From assembly GCA_012295275.1 (NCBI GenBank), contig CM022672.1, positions 30,318,001 to 30,382,000 of the forward strand: a DNA stretch of 64,000 nucleotides. The letters are read 5' to 3'. The notes beneath the pieces are model-generated. The model was not told where the DNA came from, did not search any database, and saw only the letters and a program-made list of their open reading frames with translations. The stretch is from Chrysomallon squamiferum (Eukaryota > Animalia > Mollusca). This document shows positions 1 to 42,620 of the stretch, one piece after another. Positions within the stretch are counted from its first letter, which is position 1; every line of letters begins with the position of its first letter. The position numbers and the translations under genes were made by a program.

Positions 1-12586
<12,586 letters not shown>

Positions 12587-12603
12587 TTTGTTTCTGTTTT
12601 TAT

Positions 12604-12801
12604 TTATGTACCTTCATCATAATGTTGTTTCAAACCTGACGAAACTTCTGAAACAAAAATGATTGAAATTTACTTTTGGTTATGTCCAGGGAATGTCTTA
12701 TTTAGTGATAATAAGAAAAATACATAAAACAAACTCTTTTACAAATGTTATCATTCTTTAAACAGTATATCTTTGTCGGTTTTCAAGCAATTAATTAATT
12801 A

Positions 12802-12848
<47 letters not shown>

Positions 12849-13116
12849 CAACATATTTTTCAATTACTATTCAATACTGCGAATGATTTGTATTATTATT
12901 ATTATTATTATAAATACAATTTAGAATTTCAAAGACGAGTCAGTTTGCTAATAAAAATGGCTACTAGTGTCTATTAAATGTAATCCTGTGATCAAATATT
13001 TCTAAAGAATACTTACTACGGAAGACAATAACAATGACAATTCCCTCAGCTTTCTAAAAATATAAAGATTTAAAAAACAAAAACAAAAAAGGTCGTAAGT
13101 GTTACTCACCCGCCAT
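12604..13116 (-). other. Spliced upstream ORF (MAEVSSGLKQHYDEGT*) in the 5' leader of the TTC28-like gene
   Basis: CAAA-ATG-GCG-G|gtgagt at 13116-13110 joins tttcag|AAGTTTCG at 12647; TAA at 12606-12604, 17 nt before the main ATG (12586). Confidence 0.55.
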
Positions 13117-13465
13117 TTTGACGCCGTTTCCATGAAAACGTTCCCTTCGGGTAGTCTCGGTAAGTTTCGATAATAACAATAGTTACATTTTCGAGCGAAA
13201 TACGAATGTAAATACGAATAACTCGGCAATTGTATACAGTGAAAACTGCGATTAAAGTTACAGAAAAATTCTACGAATTTTATTTATCGTTAACTGTTAG
13301 CTATAAGATAACACGCCAGCGAATCGTTGCCACATCACATTATGATTAGTGAGGTACGACCTGCCTCTTGCACATGACACATCGAGATCCGGTTCATCGG
13401 CTCCTTTGCCCAGTGGCAGTAATAATATAAAATATGGGATACATACGTACATGAAAAAGTCAGGT
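13110..13465. promoter_or_regulatory. Probable bidirectional promoter between the TTC28-like and torsin genes
   Basis: Locally CpG-richer patch between a minus-strand first-exon donor (13110) and a plus-strand candidate donor CAG|gtaccg (~13463); YY1-like CGCCATTTTG 13111-13120; X-box-like near-palindrome GTTTCCATGAAAAC 13126-13139. Confidence 0.5.
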
Positions 13466-13933
13466 ACCGTTTATAGCTATTAGTTATTATTTTCATTCAT
13501 TTTTTATAATCTAAAATGCTCTTTGATCGTCTAAATCAAAATCTAAATATCCACAAAAGTTGTTCAAAACTATTATTTTTTTAAAAAGGTATAAAATTAA
13601 TTTGAGGAAGTTTTTGTTGAAAATGAAAGTATGAATTGTATGAAATTTATATTTTTCTCCGTGATTTAGTTTATGTTAAATAAATAATATTTTTATAGAC
13701 GACAACTAATAATGTTTAGTTCTTTTGTTTTTTCATCAAATATTTGTGAAATGAGTCATAAAAAATAAGATGCTAAAGATAAATTTTGCAATAAAATTAT
13801 TTGTTCATAATCAGTGACATCAATATAATGAATATTTTGAAAAATATTTTTTTGATTTTATTAGTAAATATATATTGTATGTGGTTAACGTGTGTTTATT
13901 TTTATTATTTTTTTATTTTTTTATTTATTATCA

Positions 13934-13969
<36 letters not shown>

Positions 13970-14051
13970 TTTTTTTTTTTTGCATACTCAAATTGTCTAG
14001 CTGAAATAGTAAACATAAATCATAAGTGGATAATTTCTTTTTCTCAGTAAA

Positions 14052-15702
14052 ATGGAGCCAATGGAATTTGACTCTGAAGGGAGCCCACAAAGAGGGCGTG
14101 TCTCTGCTACAGTTTCACCAATGCAGCATTCTGGCTGGGAAGAAAAGGAAGAAGAAGAAACAGGCACTATGAAAACATCTTATTCTCAACATCAGAACAA
14201 ACTGGATAAATGTAATGCTTCGTCGCAGTTACCGTGGTCACCATGGGTTTCTTGTCAAAATGTAATTTCATCTGTTACCAGTCTCAGATACCAAACTCAG
14301 CAAAATGATTCTTTTAACTTTTCTGAGAAATCTGATGAGCATGATTTTCAGCCAGTTAAGTCATCAGATGTGAAAGAATTTTCTGCAAGATCCAAATGGA
14401 AAACATACAACAGTGTAGTATCAGCTGTAACAGCTTTCACATCAACTAAAAAATGTAATGATGATGTAGAAAAGACTCCAGCTACAGCAGAACAGAGTGT
14501 TGTTATGTCCAGAACATTCCCCAAAGAGTATATTTTAACTAAATCACTTTATCCAAATATGACATCCGTTCTGGCAAACAACAAGATAAGCTGCTCTTCA
14601 ACTGAATATCATTTACCTAGCATCTCTAGTAGTAAAGATCATTTGCTAAAGAAAAGAAGGAAAATTTCTCCTGAAGATTCTGTGAGAGATTCTCCAATAA
14701 GAAAATTAAGCAAACAGCCTGTTGCAAAGAAACAAAAGAAATCTGTAAAGATATCATCAGATAAATCTCAAGGTTCAGGATTTCAGAGATGTTGTACAAG
14801 AATACTTTTGTTATTCATTGTCCCCTTTCTGCTTCTGACAGCCCTGAACTATTACTACACCTTGTCAAACACAAACTGCTCCACGTACCTGGATATTGAC
14901 TTTACAAAACTGCAGTCAGTGATTCAGTCACAACTGTATGGTCAACACATAGCTTCAAAGATCATTTCAGAACATCTGGAGAACTATCTCTCTCAGTTCT
15001 CTCACTCACAGACAAGTCTGAAACCTCTGGTTCTGTCTCTGCACGGATGGACGGGTGTTGGAAAGAATTACATCACGTGGTTAATATCCGACTTCTTGCC
15101 CTCTACAAATGTGAAGAAATTCCTCATAGCCTTACACTTTACCCACAAATCAAAATCAGATGTTTATTCCGAGCAGACATTTCAGTGGGTTGTAACTAAC
15201 GTGACGCAGTGTAAAATTAATATTTTTATTTTTGACGAGATGGACAAAGCCCCGGAGGGTGTTGTGTCTGGACTGACGTCTGCTCTTTCGCATCTGACTG
15301 AAACTGACAAGAAACAGGCTCCTGTGATCATATTTTTACTCAGCAACAGCAAAGGCACTGAGATTACCAGAAAAGTTTTATCTAGCAGTACACCAAAAGA
15401 AAGAGAATTATACAGCTTTGAAGATTTTAAAGACATTTTTACACAAGACAAACATGACTGGTTTTCTAAAATGCTTTCCAGGCATGTGATCAGCGCTGTG
15501 GCTCCTTTCCTGCCATTAGAGAGAAGTCATGTGACAAAATGCATCAAGAGAGACATTTTACTCAAGGGTTTTGAGATAACTGACAAGTTAGTGGACAGTG
15601 TTCTCAAAGAGATGTCATTTTTTCAGGTGGCCCAGTGGGCAGTCATATTCACACAGTGGATGCAAAAGAGTTTCTGAAAAAGTTGACCTTGTGTATTCAT
15701 GA
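14052..15702 (+). CDS. Torsin family AAA+ ATPase, torsin-4A-like (N-terminal disordered region, TM helix, AAA domain); apparent 1-nt insertion near 15629
   Basis: ORF 14052..15677 behind acceptor ttctcag; TM ILLLFIVPFLLLTAL; LYGQHIA, Walker A LSLHGWTGVGKN, Walker B IFIFDEMDK, sensor-1 LLSN, PFLPLERSHVTKCI. The torsin C-terminal motif (YSHSGCKRVSEKVDLVYS*) lies in the +1 frame, ending TGA 15700-15702. Confidence 0.9.
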
Positions 15703-17223
15703 TGTGTAAATTTTGACTGAACATACTTATTTGTTTTGCAACATTGGTTATTAATGTTATTTGCAGTGAAGATATATATATATATTTCTTTTTCCCCCAT
15801 GAATCTTGTTATTATATTTGTTAATGGCAACTGTTTTTGTTTATGGTCTTGGTTTGTCACTTTTATTTATTTATTTTAAAATTAATTTATGTTATTTTTT
15901 GATGTTTTTCTTTTTTATTTCTAAATAATTTATTTATTTATTTTATTATCATGTTTCTTTTTCTTTTCTTGCTGCCTTCTTTAAATTCTTTTAATGCTAT
16001 TTTCTGCTTATGACTTTTCTTTTCATTTTTATTACAGTTTCTATTTTCTAACACCAGTTGTCACAATTTGATAATTTATAATCTCATATATCTGAATCTC
16101 CAGCTTTCATCAAAAGTATAATCTATATAAGTACATAAAACAATTTTTAAATAATTATTTAAAATTATGGATATGAATTCTTTCATCAAAAGTATAACCT
16201 ATATAAAACAAAAAATTGAAATAGTTATTTAAAATGATCATGGATATAAAATGTTTTATATCAGGTTATAAAATGTTTTTTTGAAATAGTTGTTTATAAT
16301 CATCATGGAAACTGGTATTAGCTTCTACATGGTGCTAATTGGAAAGATGTGTGACATTTATATATATATATATATAAAACACTTTTGTTCTGAATACATA
16401 ATCAAATAACACGTTGCTTTTGCTTTTAATATTAAACAGGACCGAATAGAGATTTTGGTTATGGATGTTAAACATCATGAAATTGTTGATTGTTTTGAAT
16501 GAATATCTTTCTAATATTTTCAGAAAGTTTAAATAAGTGAATAAAAACTGAATGAATGAATATTTGTTTAATGTAATTTTATTTTTTTAAGGTTTATTAG
16601 TTCCATAATACAGATTCACACCATGGATGTATATGTATGTGCACATGTACAAACAAGGATGCAAATGTGATCATAAACATGATAATCACTTGGTCAGTTT
16701 ACAAAAACAGTTTAGTTTGGCAAAAGGAAGGATATTGGAAGTAATAAAATGATCATACATGACTATAATGAATATAATGTAATGCTAAACTGAATTCATT
16801 TGTCCTACAATACAATTTACACCTTAGCAAAATAAAATAATTTAAGCAAATATATATTTTATTTCAGTATTTTGATAATACAAAATAATTTTATTATGTG
16901 AAGAACAGATCACCTATTTATCACAATTTTCACTGACCCACTTGTTCTTATATTTTTTAATTTATTTTTATAAGCCTCCAGTGTTTTGAAGCTATGTGTA
17001 ACAGTTATGTAACTGAAACTGTAGACCTAATGCATCACGTTAACTAATTTTATAATACATTCATTTATAAACATTCAATAAAACAGATATTCTGAGATTA
17101 AAACTCATCAACATACATTCATCAACCAATGCATCAAAAAAAAATCCAAAATATTTGGTTTCTAAACTGTTTGTATTTCGCACTTCCAAATACTGGAAGA
17201 GTCAAACTATAAAAATGTTTTAT

Positions 17224-17606
17224 TTAAAGTTCATCGTGTTGTTTTTGTTGTTCAAAAGCCCAGAATGAAGTTGACAGCTCCTCAAGATCTCTTTGACGTG
17301 TGATAAATGCAGAGAAAGTGGAAATACAGTTTCCTATGAAGTGATCTGCTTTTCCCAGTATGGCCAGGTCAAGATGTGGACTTGGGTCATCTGCCTGCCT
17401 CACAAACCTTACCTACAACAGAAACATTTATATTTTAAATATCACGTTTTCTAATTTTATATTCAAATGTAAATAATTTGTAACATTTGTAGTAAAAAAA
17501 AAAAAAAAAACATTTTAAAAATAATATTGAAATTGGATATATTGTGTTAAGGGCTACATAATTTTAAATGTTAAAATTGTTATTCAGAATGCATATTTTA
17601 AAGGTT

Positions 17607-17645
<39 letters not shown>

Positions 17646-19541
17646 ATGGACAGATATATATATATATATATAGCAATTTGTACTGTTGTTTTAACTGTTT
17701 ACAGTATTAACATTATATAAATTTTTTAAATATTAACTTTTAAATTTTAAATACAATATAACAGTATTGAATTTATACACTGCATTTAACATTTTTATTA
17801 TTATTATCAGTATACTGTTCTGTGTAGTCAGTTTACCTGTTATTCTTGTTACTATTATTTTGTTACCACTGTAACGAAATCTTCATAATGACTAAATAAC
17901 AGCATATCTGTGACGACAAATAAAAAATAAGATTATATTTATATTTTACCTCCGGCATTGCTTCTGAGAATTCTGTTATCATGTGCCTGTTGTCAGCGGC
18001 AACGAAAACAACATTAACCTTTGTCCGTTGCACCTCCTGTCTCACCTGCTGAACGACAGTCTGGTCGGAGGGGTAACACATCTCTAGGGTGAGTTTTATT
18101 TCCGCATTTCTGTAACCTGTGCACTGAGACGAGGCAAACATTCTCGTTGAATTTTCCACGTCTGAGCACGCATTTTCCTAAAAAAACCCCAAAAATAAAT
18201 AAATAAAGAAATTTAAATGAAAATTAATTATAAGTAGACTAAAATAATTTGATAAAGTCTGAATAGTTCAGTCAGCAATCCAAGAAAAGTCTTTATAATG
18301 ACTTTTGTTTCCTAGATGTATTCAAGGAAAAGGTCATATAATGAATATTATTTCCTAGATGTATTCCATAGATGCATTCAAAGAAAAAGTTTTTTGATAT
18401 ATATTACAAACTAAATATCTTTTCATAGATGTATTCCAGGAAAAGGTCTTGCTAAATATTACAAATAAAATACCATTTCATATATGAATTCCAAGAAGAC
18501 ATTTCTTTAACTTACAAAATCAATAGCATTTTGTAGATGTATTCCAAGAAAGGTTTTTCAATAACTTATAACATTAGTATCATTGGTTAGATATATTGCA
18601 AGAAAAGATGTTTCTATAATGTACTAAATTAATGTCATTTCATAGAAATATTCCAAGAAAAGGTTTTTTTTAACTCATTAAATCAATATCATTTCATACT
18701 TGTATTCCAAAAAATGGTGTTTCAATAACTTACAAAATCAATATCATTTCGCAGATGTATTCCAAGGAAAGGTTTTTCTTTAATTTCTTCTTCGATGAAT
18801 TCTAAAGCATTTTGCTCAAATTCATCAGACCATTCTAAATATCTTTGTAGCCAAACATTTTTCTCTGCAAGGGGGAAATCTGCTGGTGGAATGACAAAAG
18901 CTAGAACGGGAAATCTGTCAGGTGGGTATCTGAAGCAGACAGTAATAATAAACCAGTATTTTGTTTTTACAGTTTATCAGATGGATATTCGAGTTATAAA
19001 AATGGTAATAAATTTATGAACATCATTTGGTTAACAGCAGTTTTGAAAACTGTTGGACAGATATTTCAATTAGAAAAATAATCAGAATAATACTTTTTAA
19101 TTTGTTTTTAGCATTAACATCTGTCAGATAGATATTTCATTTATAACAGTGATAATAATAATACACACATGATTTGATTATACTGCAGTTATGATATCTG
19201 TCAGTTGGATATTTCAGTTACAAAAATAGTAATAATAATAATAAAAATAATAAAAAAAAACATTTAATCTGTTTGTTCTGCAGTATTGAAACAATTTATG
19301 TCAGCTGGATTTTTCAGATATAAAAATAGTAATAATAATAATAAAAATGTACAGATTTAATTTGTTTCAACAGCAGTATTGAAATAATTTATGTTAGATG
19401 GATTTTTCAGATATAAAAATAGTAGTAATAACAATAACAGTAACAATGACAATAATAATAATAAAAATAATATACATATTTAATTTGTTTGTTCAGCAGT
19501 ATTGAAACAATTTATGTCGGCTGGATTTTTCAGTTATGAAA

Positions 19542-19580
<39 letters not shown>

Positions 19581-19725
19581 TATGTAAATTCTTTATACAG
19601 CTGTACTGAAGTAATTTATGTCAGATGGATTTTTCAGTTATAAAAATGGTAATAATAATAATACAAACATTTAACTTGTTTATACAACAGTACTGAAATA
19701 TGCAGGATGGATGTTTTAGTTACAA

Positions 19726-19763
<38 letters not shown>

Positions 19764-20530
19764 TTTTTCAGATAGATTGTACACTTTATGTATTATTTAT
19801 TTATTTATTATTACTACTAGGACTATTACTGCTACCACTACTATTTAAATAAAAAATTATTTTTGACTGGACTGCAACTATCTAAATAATCTAAATAGTG
19901 TAAATTGCTACCGTTTATTCCACAGATAATTTTCCTCTGAAAACAGGCTGCTGTGGGAGAGGGGCATAAACATTTCAGATCTGACAAAATCGATTCCGTA
20001 CGTGTCCCAGAAAGGTCCAAACGGGTTCCCGTCTTTAGCCCTGCAGTCGTTTGTGTCCGGTGAATCCACAGGTGAGGAGTAACAGAAAACTTTAAAAATA
20101 AAACACAATTTTCATGTTTGTTTTTCAAACATACACACCACATAAATACATTTTGTATATTTCCTAACTACTGTTTTTTATTTGTTATGCTGTTTATATG
20201 TCATAATTTAGATACTAATGCTATAGAGACAAATAAAGAGGTGGAAACAAAATAAAAAAATAAAGGTAAGTTTTTCTTAGTTGATAGATACAGGTTGCCT
20301 TGGTATGGTTTTGTATATGTCCACTGCTGCTATGCCATCAGGTTGCATCTTAAACGATGGTGACAGTGATAACAACAATTCTCTCATTCATCAGAAATAT
20401 AAATTATTAACACTTATATTTCATATATATATATAATGTCCAATGTTTCTATGCTGTGTTGCATCTTAAAAAGTAGAGTGACTACAATAGCAGGTTCATC
20501 GTTGATTAGAAATATAAAGTATTAACAGTT

Positions 20531-20561
<31 letters not shown>

Positions 20562-20913
20562 GTCCACTGTTTCTATTACATGTTGCATCTTAAAATACAG
20601 TGCAAGTTCTTCATTCATCAGATATATGAATTAACAGGTATGTTTCACACTTGCACACACACACACACACACACAGAGACACATACTTCCAGTGTTTCTA
20701 TCATGCTGAAACTTAAGTTACAGTGCCTTATATACATGTGTGTGTTTGTGTGTTTCGATGCCATACTGCATCTTAAAACAGAGTGACAATGACAAGGTCT
20801 TCATTCATGAGAAATAAAATTAATTGTTAACACTGATATCTTAAAAATCAGAAACCAAACATATTCTGAGTTCTCAACACTTGAAAGATGGGGATTTCTT
20901 TTAATTCTTATTT

Positions 20914-20948
<35 letters not shown>

Positions 20949-22309
20949 CATTATTTCATAAATAGCTAAAATATCAAACCTATTCTATCTTTAGGAGGCC
21001 AGACAGTTGGTGCCAATTTTTCCATGAAAGTTTCCATGGTGATGACTCTATGGTATTCTTCGAGTGGCTCAGTTTTGAAGTAAATGTTGAAAGGTATTTG
21101 AACCTGAAAATATAAAATGAATAAATCTTTATTTACCAATATTGTTTAAGTTATTAGGTATCATAATTAAGATAGCAAGAGAATAAAATTAATACATTAA
21201 CTTTATTAAATACTCCCAGAAAGAATAAATTTATTACCGAAAAAATGATAACTGATTAATTCTGTCTTTGCATCAGCAGCAGTGTTTAAATTAAAATGTA
21301 TAAATTGTTGTTTCTGGAAATAAACTAAACTAAGTTACATGAATAAAATAATTTGTTATTTCAGACAGCCATCATCACAAATTCATAGTAAGTACTGTCA
21401 GAAATAAGTAATAAATTTATTTTATTTGTTATTTCACATAGGAAAAGAAAAAGATTTTAAAAGATCTGTTGGGTGGCAATGGATGATTTAAATCTAGCCA
21501 CATAGTAAAAAAAACCCACAAAATAAAAAAAAAAAATAAAAAGTAAATTTTAAAAAGACATTGATTACAAAATGCAACATAATTGAACCATAGACCATTC
21601 TTATTTTGTTCACATCAAAATCAATTTATTATAATTTGACCTTATTTCATACAGAACTGATTTGAAACAATGCCAACATATTAAGAAATAAATTTTGTAA
21701 TATCATAAATATATTCAAATTTAAATTTGAATTGCAATCAATTAAGTCTTTTACATTTCTATTTTCATTCTTCTGTTGTTGTTTTTGTTTGTTTTAAACA
21801 TTGTTCATCTGTCTGCTTCTCTTTAATCATTTGTATGTATGTATGTATGTATGTATGTATGTATGTATACATGTTTATATACTTGTGTCTCTCAGTATAC
21901 ACATATTTCTATCAACAGACAACATGATTTTGTATACATGTGATAACAATAGTAAATATTTTTGTTCATTTGTGAATTCCCTTCAGCAAATCATCAGAAT
22001 AACTTTCTATGATTTGAATGATAGTGTAAACTATTGAATGATGGTATTCATGGTATGACAGTCTGTGACAACTGCCTTTGATGTGAGTGTATGTGTGATA
22101 ATAATAACAATAACAACAATAATAATAGTAATAATAAAATATTGTTGTGGTAAATAGTTATTCATACTGAATTCTTCTGGTTGTTATGAAACTCAACCCA
22201 TGGTGGGAGGATCAATGTACGGTTTATGGTTCTAGCAAAGTTCAAGGTACCAAGAAACTGTTCAACTTGATTTCCAAACCGTCCTGACAAAAAAAAAAAA
22301 AAAAAAAAA

Positions 22310-22343
<34 letters not shown>

Positions 22344-22820
22344 AAATTAAAACTAAAAAAAAATAAAAAAAAAAAAAAAAAAAAAATAAAAATTAAAAAA
22401 AAAAAATAATACTAATAAAAAAAAAAAAATACTAATAAAAAAATTAATAAATAATTAAATAATTGTAAATATGTGTGTATGCATGTGTCTCTTCAAACAC
22501 TAACAATAAATACATAAATAAATAAATAAATAAATAAACAAACAAACAAACAAACAAACAAACAAACAAATAAATGTTATTAAGCCTTTGTGAATTAAAA
22601 ACTTTCAAACGAAGGCTATTCATTGAACTAAAACAAGTCTGACATTATGCTTTGAAATCTAAATTTAATATGTATAAATTTAATTATATGCCCAACACTG
22701 TGTTTACAGTGCTAGCTTACCCATACACGGGCAGTAAACGAGGTATCCACGTTTGTCAACTTCAAGAGATGTTACTATCCATAATAATGAGCAAATCCAA
22801 ACAAAAATGGTTGGCTTCAT
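17224..22820 (-). CDS. POFUT1: GDP-fucose protein O-fucosyltransferase 1
   Basis: Exons 22820-22721, 22283-22168, 21103-20980, 20089-19912, 18929-18734, 18177-17950, 17412-17224 = 1131 nt, 376 aa. Signal peptide, [57 protein letters not shown]-terminal HDEL. Confidence 0.95.
18300..18780. repeat. ~55-bp tandem array (~9 copies) derived from POFUT1 exon 5 3' end + donor
   Basis: AGATGTATTCCAAG(G)AAAGG recurs; the copy at ~18510 keeps AACTTACAAAATCAATA, identical to the true junction at 18727-18743. Confidence 0.85.
18910..19730. repeat. ~80-110 bp degenerate tandem array starting at the POFUT1 exon 5 acceptor
   Basis: TGTCAG.TGGAT...CAG.TATAAAAAT.GTAATAATA units; the first copy overlaps exon sequence ATCTGTCAGGTGGGTATCTG. 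Confidence 0.7.
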
Positions 22821-22895
22821 AATAATTATCTTTAAGAAAAGAAGAGAGAAAAAAAATTAGAAAGAAAGAAAAAAAAAAATCTAAATTCTTCAAAC

Positions 22896-22937
<42 letters not shown>

Positions 22938-23224
22938 TTAAAATGAATGTAATTAATAATAAATAAATAAATACATTTTGAAGATAATGAAAGCATACAC
23001 ACGTCGTACGCTGAAGAGGTTCACACGTACAAATTCGAATAAATCTCACGCCCAAGAAATCACCCAAAATCACAGAAAATAATTAATGAACAAAACAGTA
23101 AAAAAAATAAAAAATAAAAGAAGAACAATTATTGCAGCATTAAAAAAAAAAAATTCAAACCAACTTTAAAAAAAAAAAAAAAAATTCAAACGGAATACCA
23201 TCGCAAAAATGATTCGATTTCCCG

Positions 23225-23275
23225 CTTTACTCACTTTTTTGAGAGCATTCGATTGTGTTTCCGGTGTTTTGAACT
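23225..23275 (-). promoter_or_regulatory. Probable non-coding first exon/promoter of POFUT1
   Basis: Strong minus-strand donor gtgagtaa at ~23234, ETS-like CCGGAA at ~23260, and acceptor ttcttaaag at ~22830 just before the ATG. Confidence 0.4.
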
Positions 23276-23935
23276 AACACAAATGAAAAAATATATATAA
23301 AAATAAAATACACAAATGCTGACATTAGGATCTCCCTGTGTAGATTGTTATTTATTTATTTATTTATTTATTTATTCTTAATTAATCTTCTTATCAAGAC
23401 TTTTGCAGTGGAGAGATCGATTGCCTTTCGACTCTGGTAACATCGTAAGTGATATATTACAACTTCCCGTCTATCATGCTTATTTGGCACAAATGTGGCC
23501 CTCATCTGGATTGGCTTTTGCAAAATTTGACAAATAACATAAAACATAATGTTTTAACTGTATCAACAGCAAACATGACAACATTTACCCATATTTCAGA
23601 GAGCTGATTGCAGATTTCTGCCATTTATTCTCATGGAAACTGACTGTAAGAATGATAACATATCGGATATGTCACGAAGAATTCACACACACACACACAC
23701 ACACGCGCACACACACACAGTTTAAAAAAAAAAAAAAAAAAAAAAAAAGAGTAAACAAATCACAATAATGTCGACATATGATAACGTCCGCAAACGATAA
23801 CGTAACATTAAGAATTTTGGAGAAAGGAAGCCCCATTATCAGTGCTTTTTCCGTGACGTTGGGTCGTTAAGTAATAAAAGTGTTTAGTATAACAATATAA
23901 TATAATTTCATAATGGAATTATTATAATAATAATG

Positions 23936-23970
<35 letters not shown>

Positions 23971-24522
23971 AACACTGAAACAACATCATAATTATTTATT
24001 ATTATTTTAAGAATTTAAGAATATTGCACTTTGCAGTCTTTAACCTTCCCCCCACACACACACACATATAGTATAGAGGCATCTTAGAACCACATACTTA
24101 TTCCTATATGTTTAAGATTACATTTAGATATACATTGCATATGGAATTCTCTTTGAAGGTGACGTAATAGCGTGTTTATGGGCGACCTAGATCTGTCAAA
24201 TGAGCTATTAAAAACAGTGCTGTTACGTTATAATTTTCAGTACTTGTATTCTTATATATTTTAATGACCGATTCATGAAAAATAAAGCAAATTATATACT
24301 AACACCACAGTTCAACTTTCATTGGAGTGTTACTGTAAATTAAAATGGGATTCATTGACAACAATGTTAAGTATCGATTAACTAATTAATAAAAAGCAGA
24401 TTTTCAAATCAAACACAAAAAATCACAAACAAATTTAGTGACTTCGTCCTTTGACTAACAGAAAAATTTGTCGATGAAGCATTTACTAGGAAGTCACTGC
24501 GTTCGTTGAACAAAGAATAATC

Positions 24523-24582
<60 letters not shown>

Positions 24583-25862
24583 AATAAATAAATAATCTTG
24601 TTAAATAAAAAACGTGTTCATAATTTTATTTATATGCTTCAAAGATTGATAATAATAAGAAAAAAAAAATACAAATAATTAAGTAATAAAAAAACTAAAA
24701 AAACCAACTAAAACTAAAACTAAATAAAATAATAATTAAAAAGAACCTACATAAATAATAAATAAAATAATAATTAAAAAGAACCTACATAAATAATAAA
24801 TAAATAATAAATAAATGATGTTGATGATAATGATAATGATGACAAAAGAAGATGAAGAAAATAAAATTAACACATTTATTTTTCAAAATAACAAAGAATT
24901 TTATTCTTTCCGTGGAAGTACTTTTTTTCTTTTCCTGATTTAATTTTGTGACCAAAAGATTATGTGCAACACAACATCAAATTATTATTGTTTTATTATT
25001 TATCAAAATACACTTTCTGCAAACATTATGATCCAATATACTATAAAATATCAAAAATCTTTTAATAAATAAATAAAATATACAGTTGTAAATGGAAGTT
25101 GTAAGAGAGAAAATTAAAAATGCAAAATCTTTGAATAGTTAAAACTGACATTCATTACAGTTGTTGAAATTAATCAACCTTTCTTAGATATATTAATAGT
25201 CCCAAGAAAAAAAAAGAAAAAAAAAAAAAAGAAAATTAAAATCAGATCCCGGTTATTTGTTCAGGTGAGATTAATACAATAAGAATGTTTGGCATGAATT
25301 TGTGCCTTTAAAACCTTTCTTGACCATGTTTCAGTTTGCTAAAGGGCAAGATAGGGAGCTATAGTTTATATTCAGTACTATCTCATTAAATCTAAACAAT
25401 ATGCATATATCAACACACACACATACACACTTTTATATCAAACCATTTAGACATACAAAACCAACTCATCTATACTTTCTATATACACATACATACTCCA
25501 TGAAAAAACCTACAGATATTTGTCTAAGAAAAACATCAAGTTTAGGTGATGTAAATGTATTTTAATAATCAAAATGTAGCTCTTTTTTTTCAGTTATATT
25601 TTATACTCACACGCTGAACTAGACAAAGGCAATATAAAATGAATCTCACCAGTTCATTTTAAAACTGCTACCTTTACAACCTTATACAAGAGCATTTTTC
25701 TTTTATATATTCTTCAGAAGATATATTTGTTTTGATCTTTTTCATGTTAACACTTTCTAAACAGGTAAATGTCTGGGTTGTCAAGACTAAAGTCGAAAAA
25801 AAAAAAAAAAGACAAAAAGAAAAGAAAGAAAATGGTGGCATAGTGACACCAAGCTGATTTTT

Positions 25863-42491
<16,629 letters not shown>

Positions 42492-42519
42492 CTTGCATTT
42501 AATACGAGCAATAGAAAGA

Positions 42520-42620
42520 TAATTGTTCGTTGTCAAGGAAGCCTACATTGAGGCGTCAAGTCAAATTGTTCTCAGTGATATTATTACAAACGGAGTTAAT
42601 AAAGAGCGCATGCGCTTTCC
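42520..42620 (-). promoter_or_regulatory. Proximal promoter of the uncharacterised gene
   Basis: Immediately upstream of ATG 42491; NRF1-type palindrome GCGCATGCGC 42606-42615; X-box half-site-like GTTGTCAAGGAAGC 42529-42542. Confidence 0.45.

Noticed and set aside
15615-15640. Programmed ribosomal frameshifting in torsin or the GPCR
   Set aside because: No convincing recoding signal or stimulatory structure seen; scattered indels in unrelated genes are better explained by sequence error.
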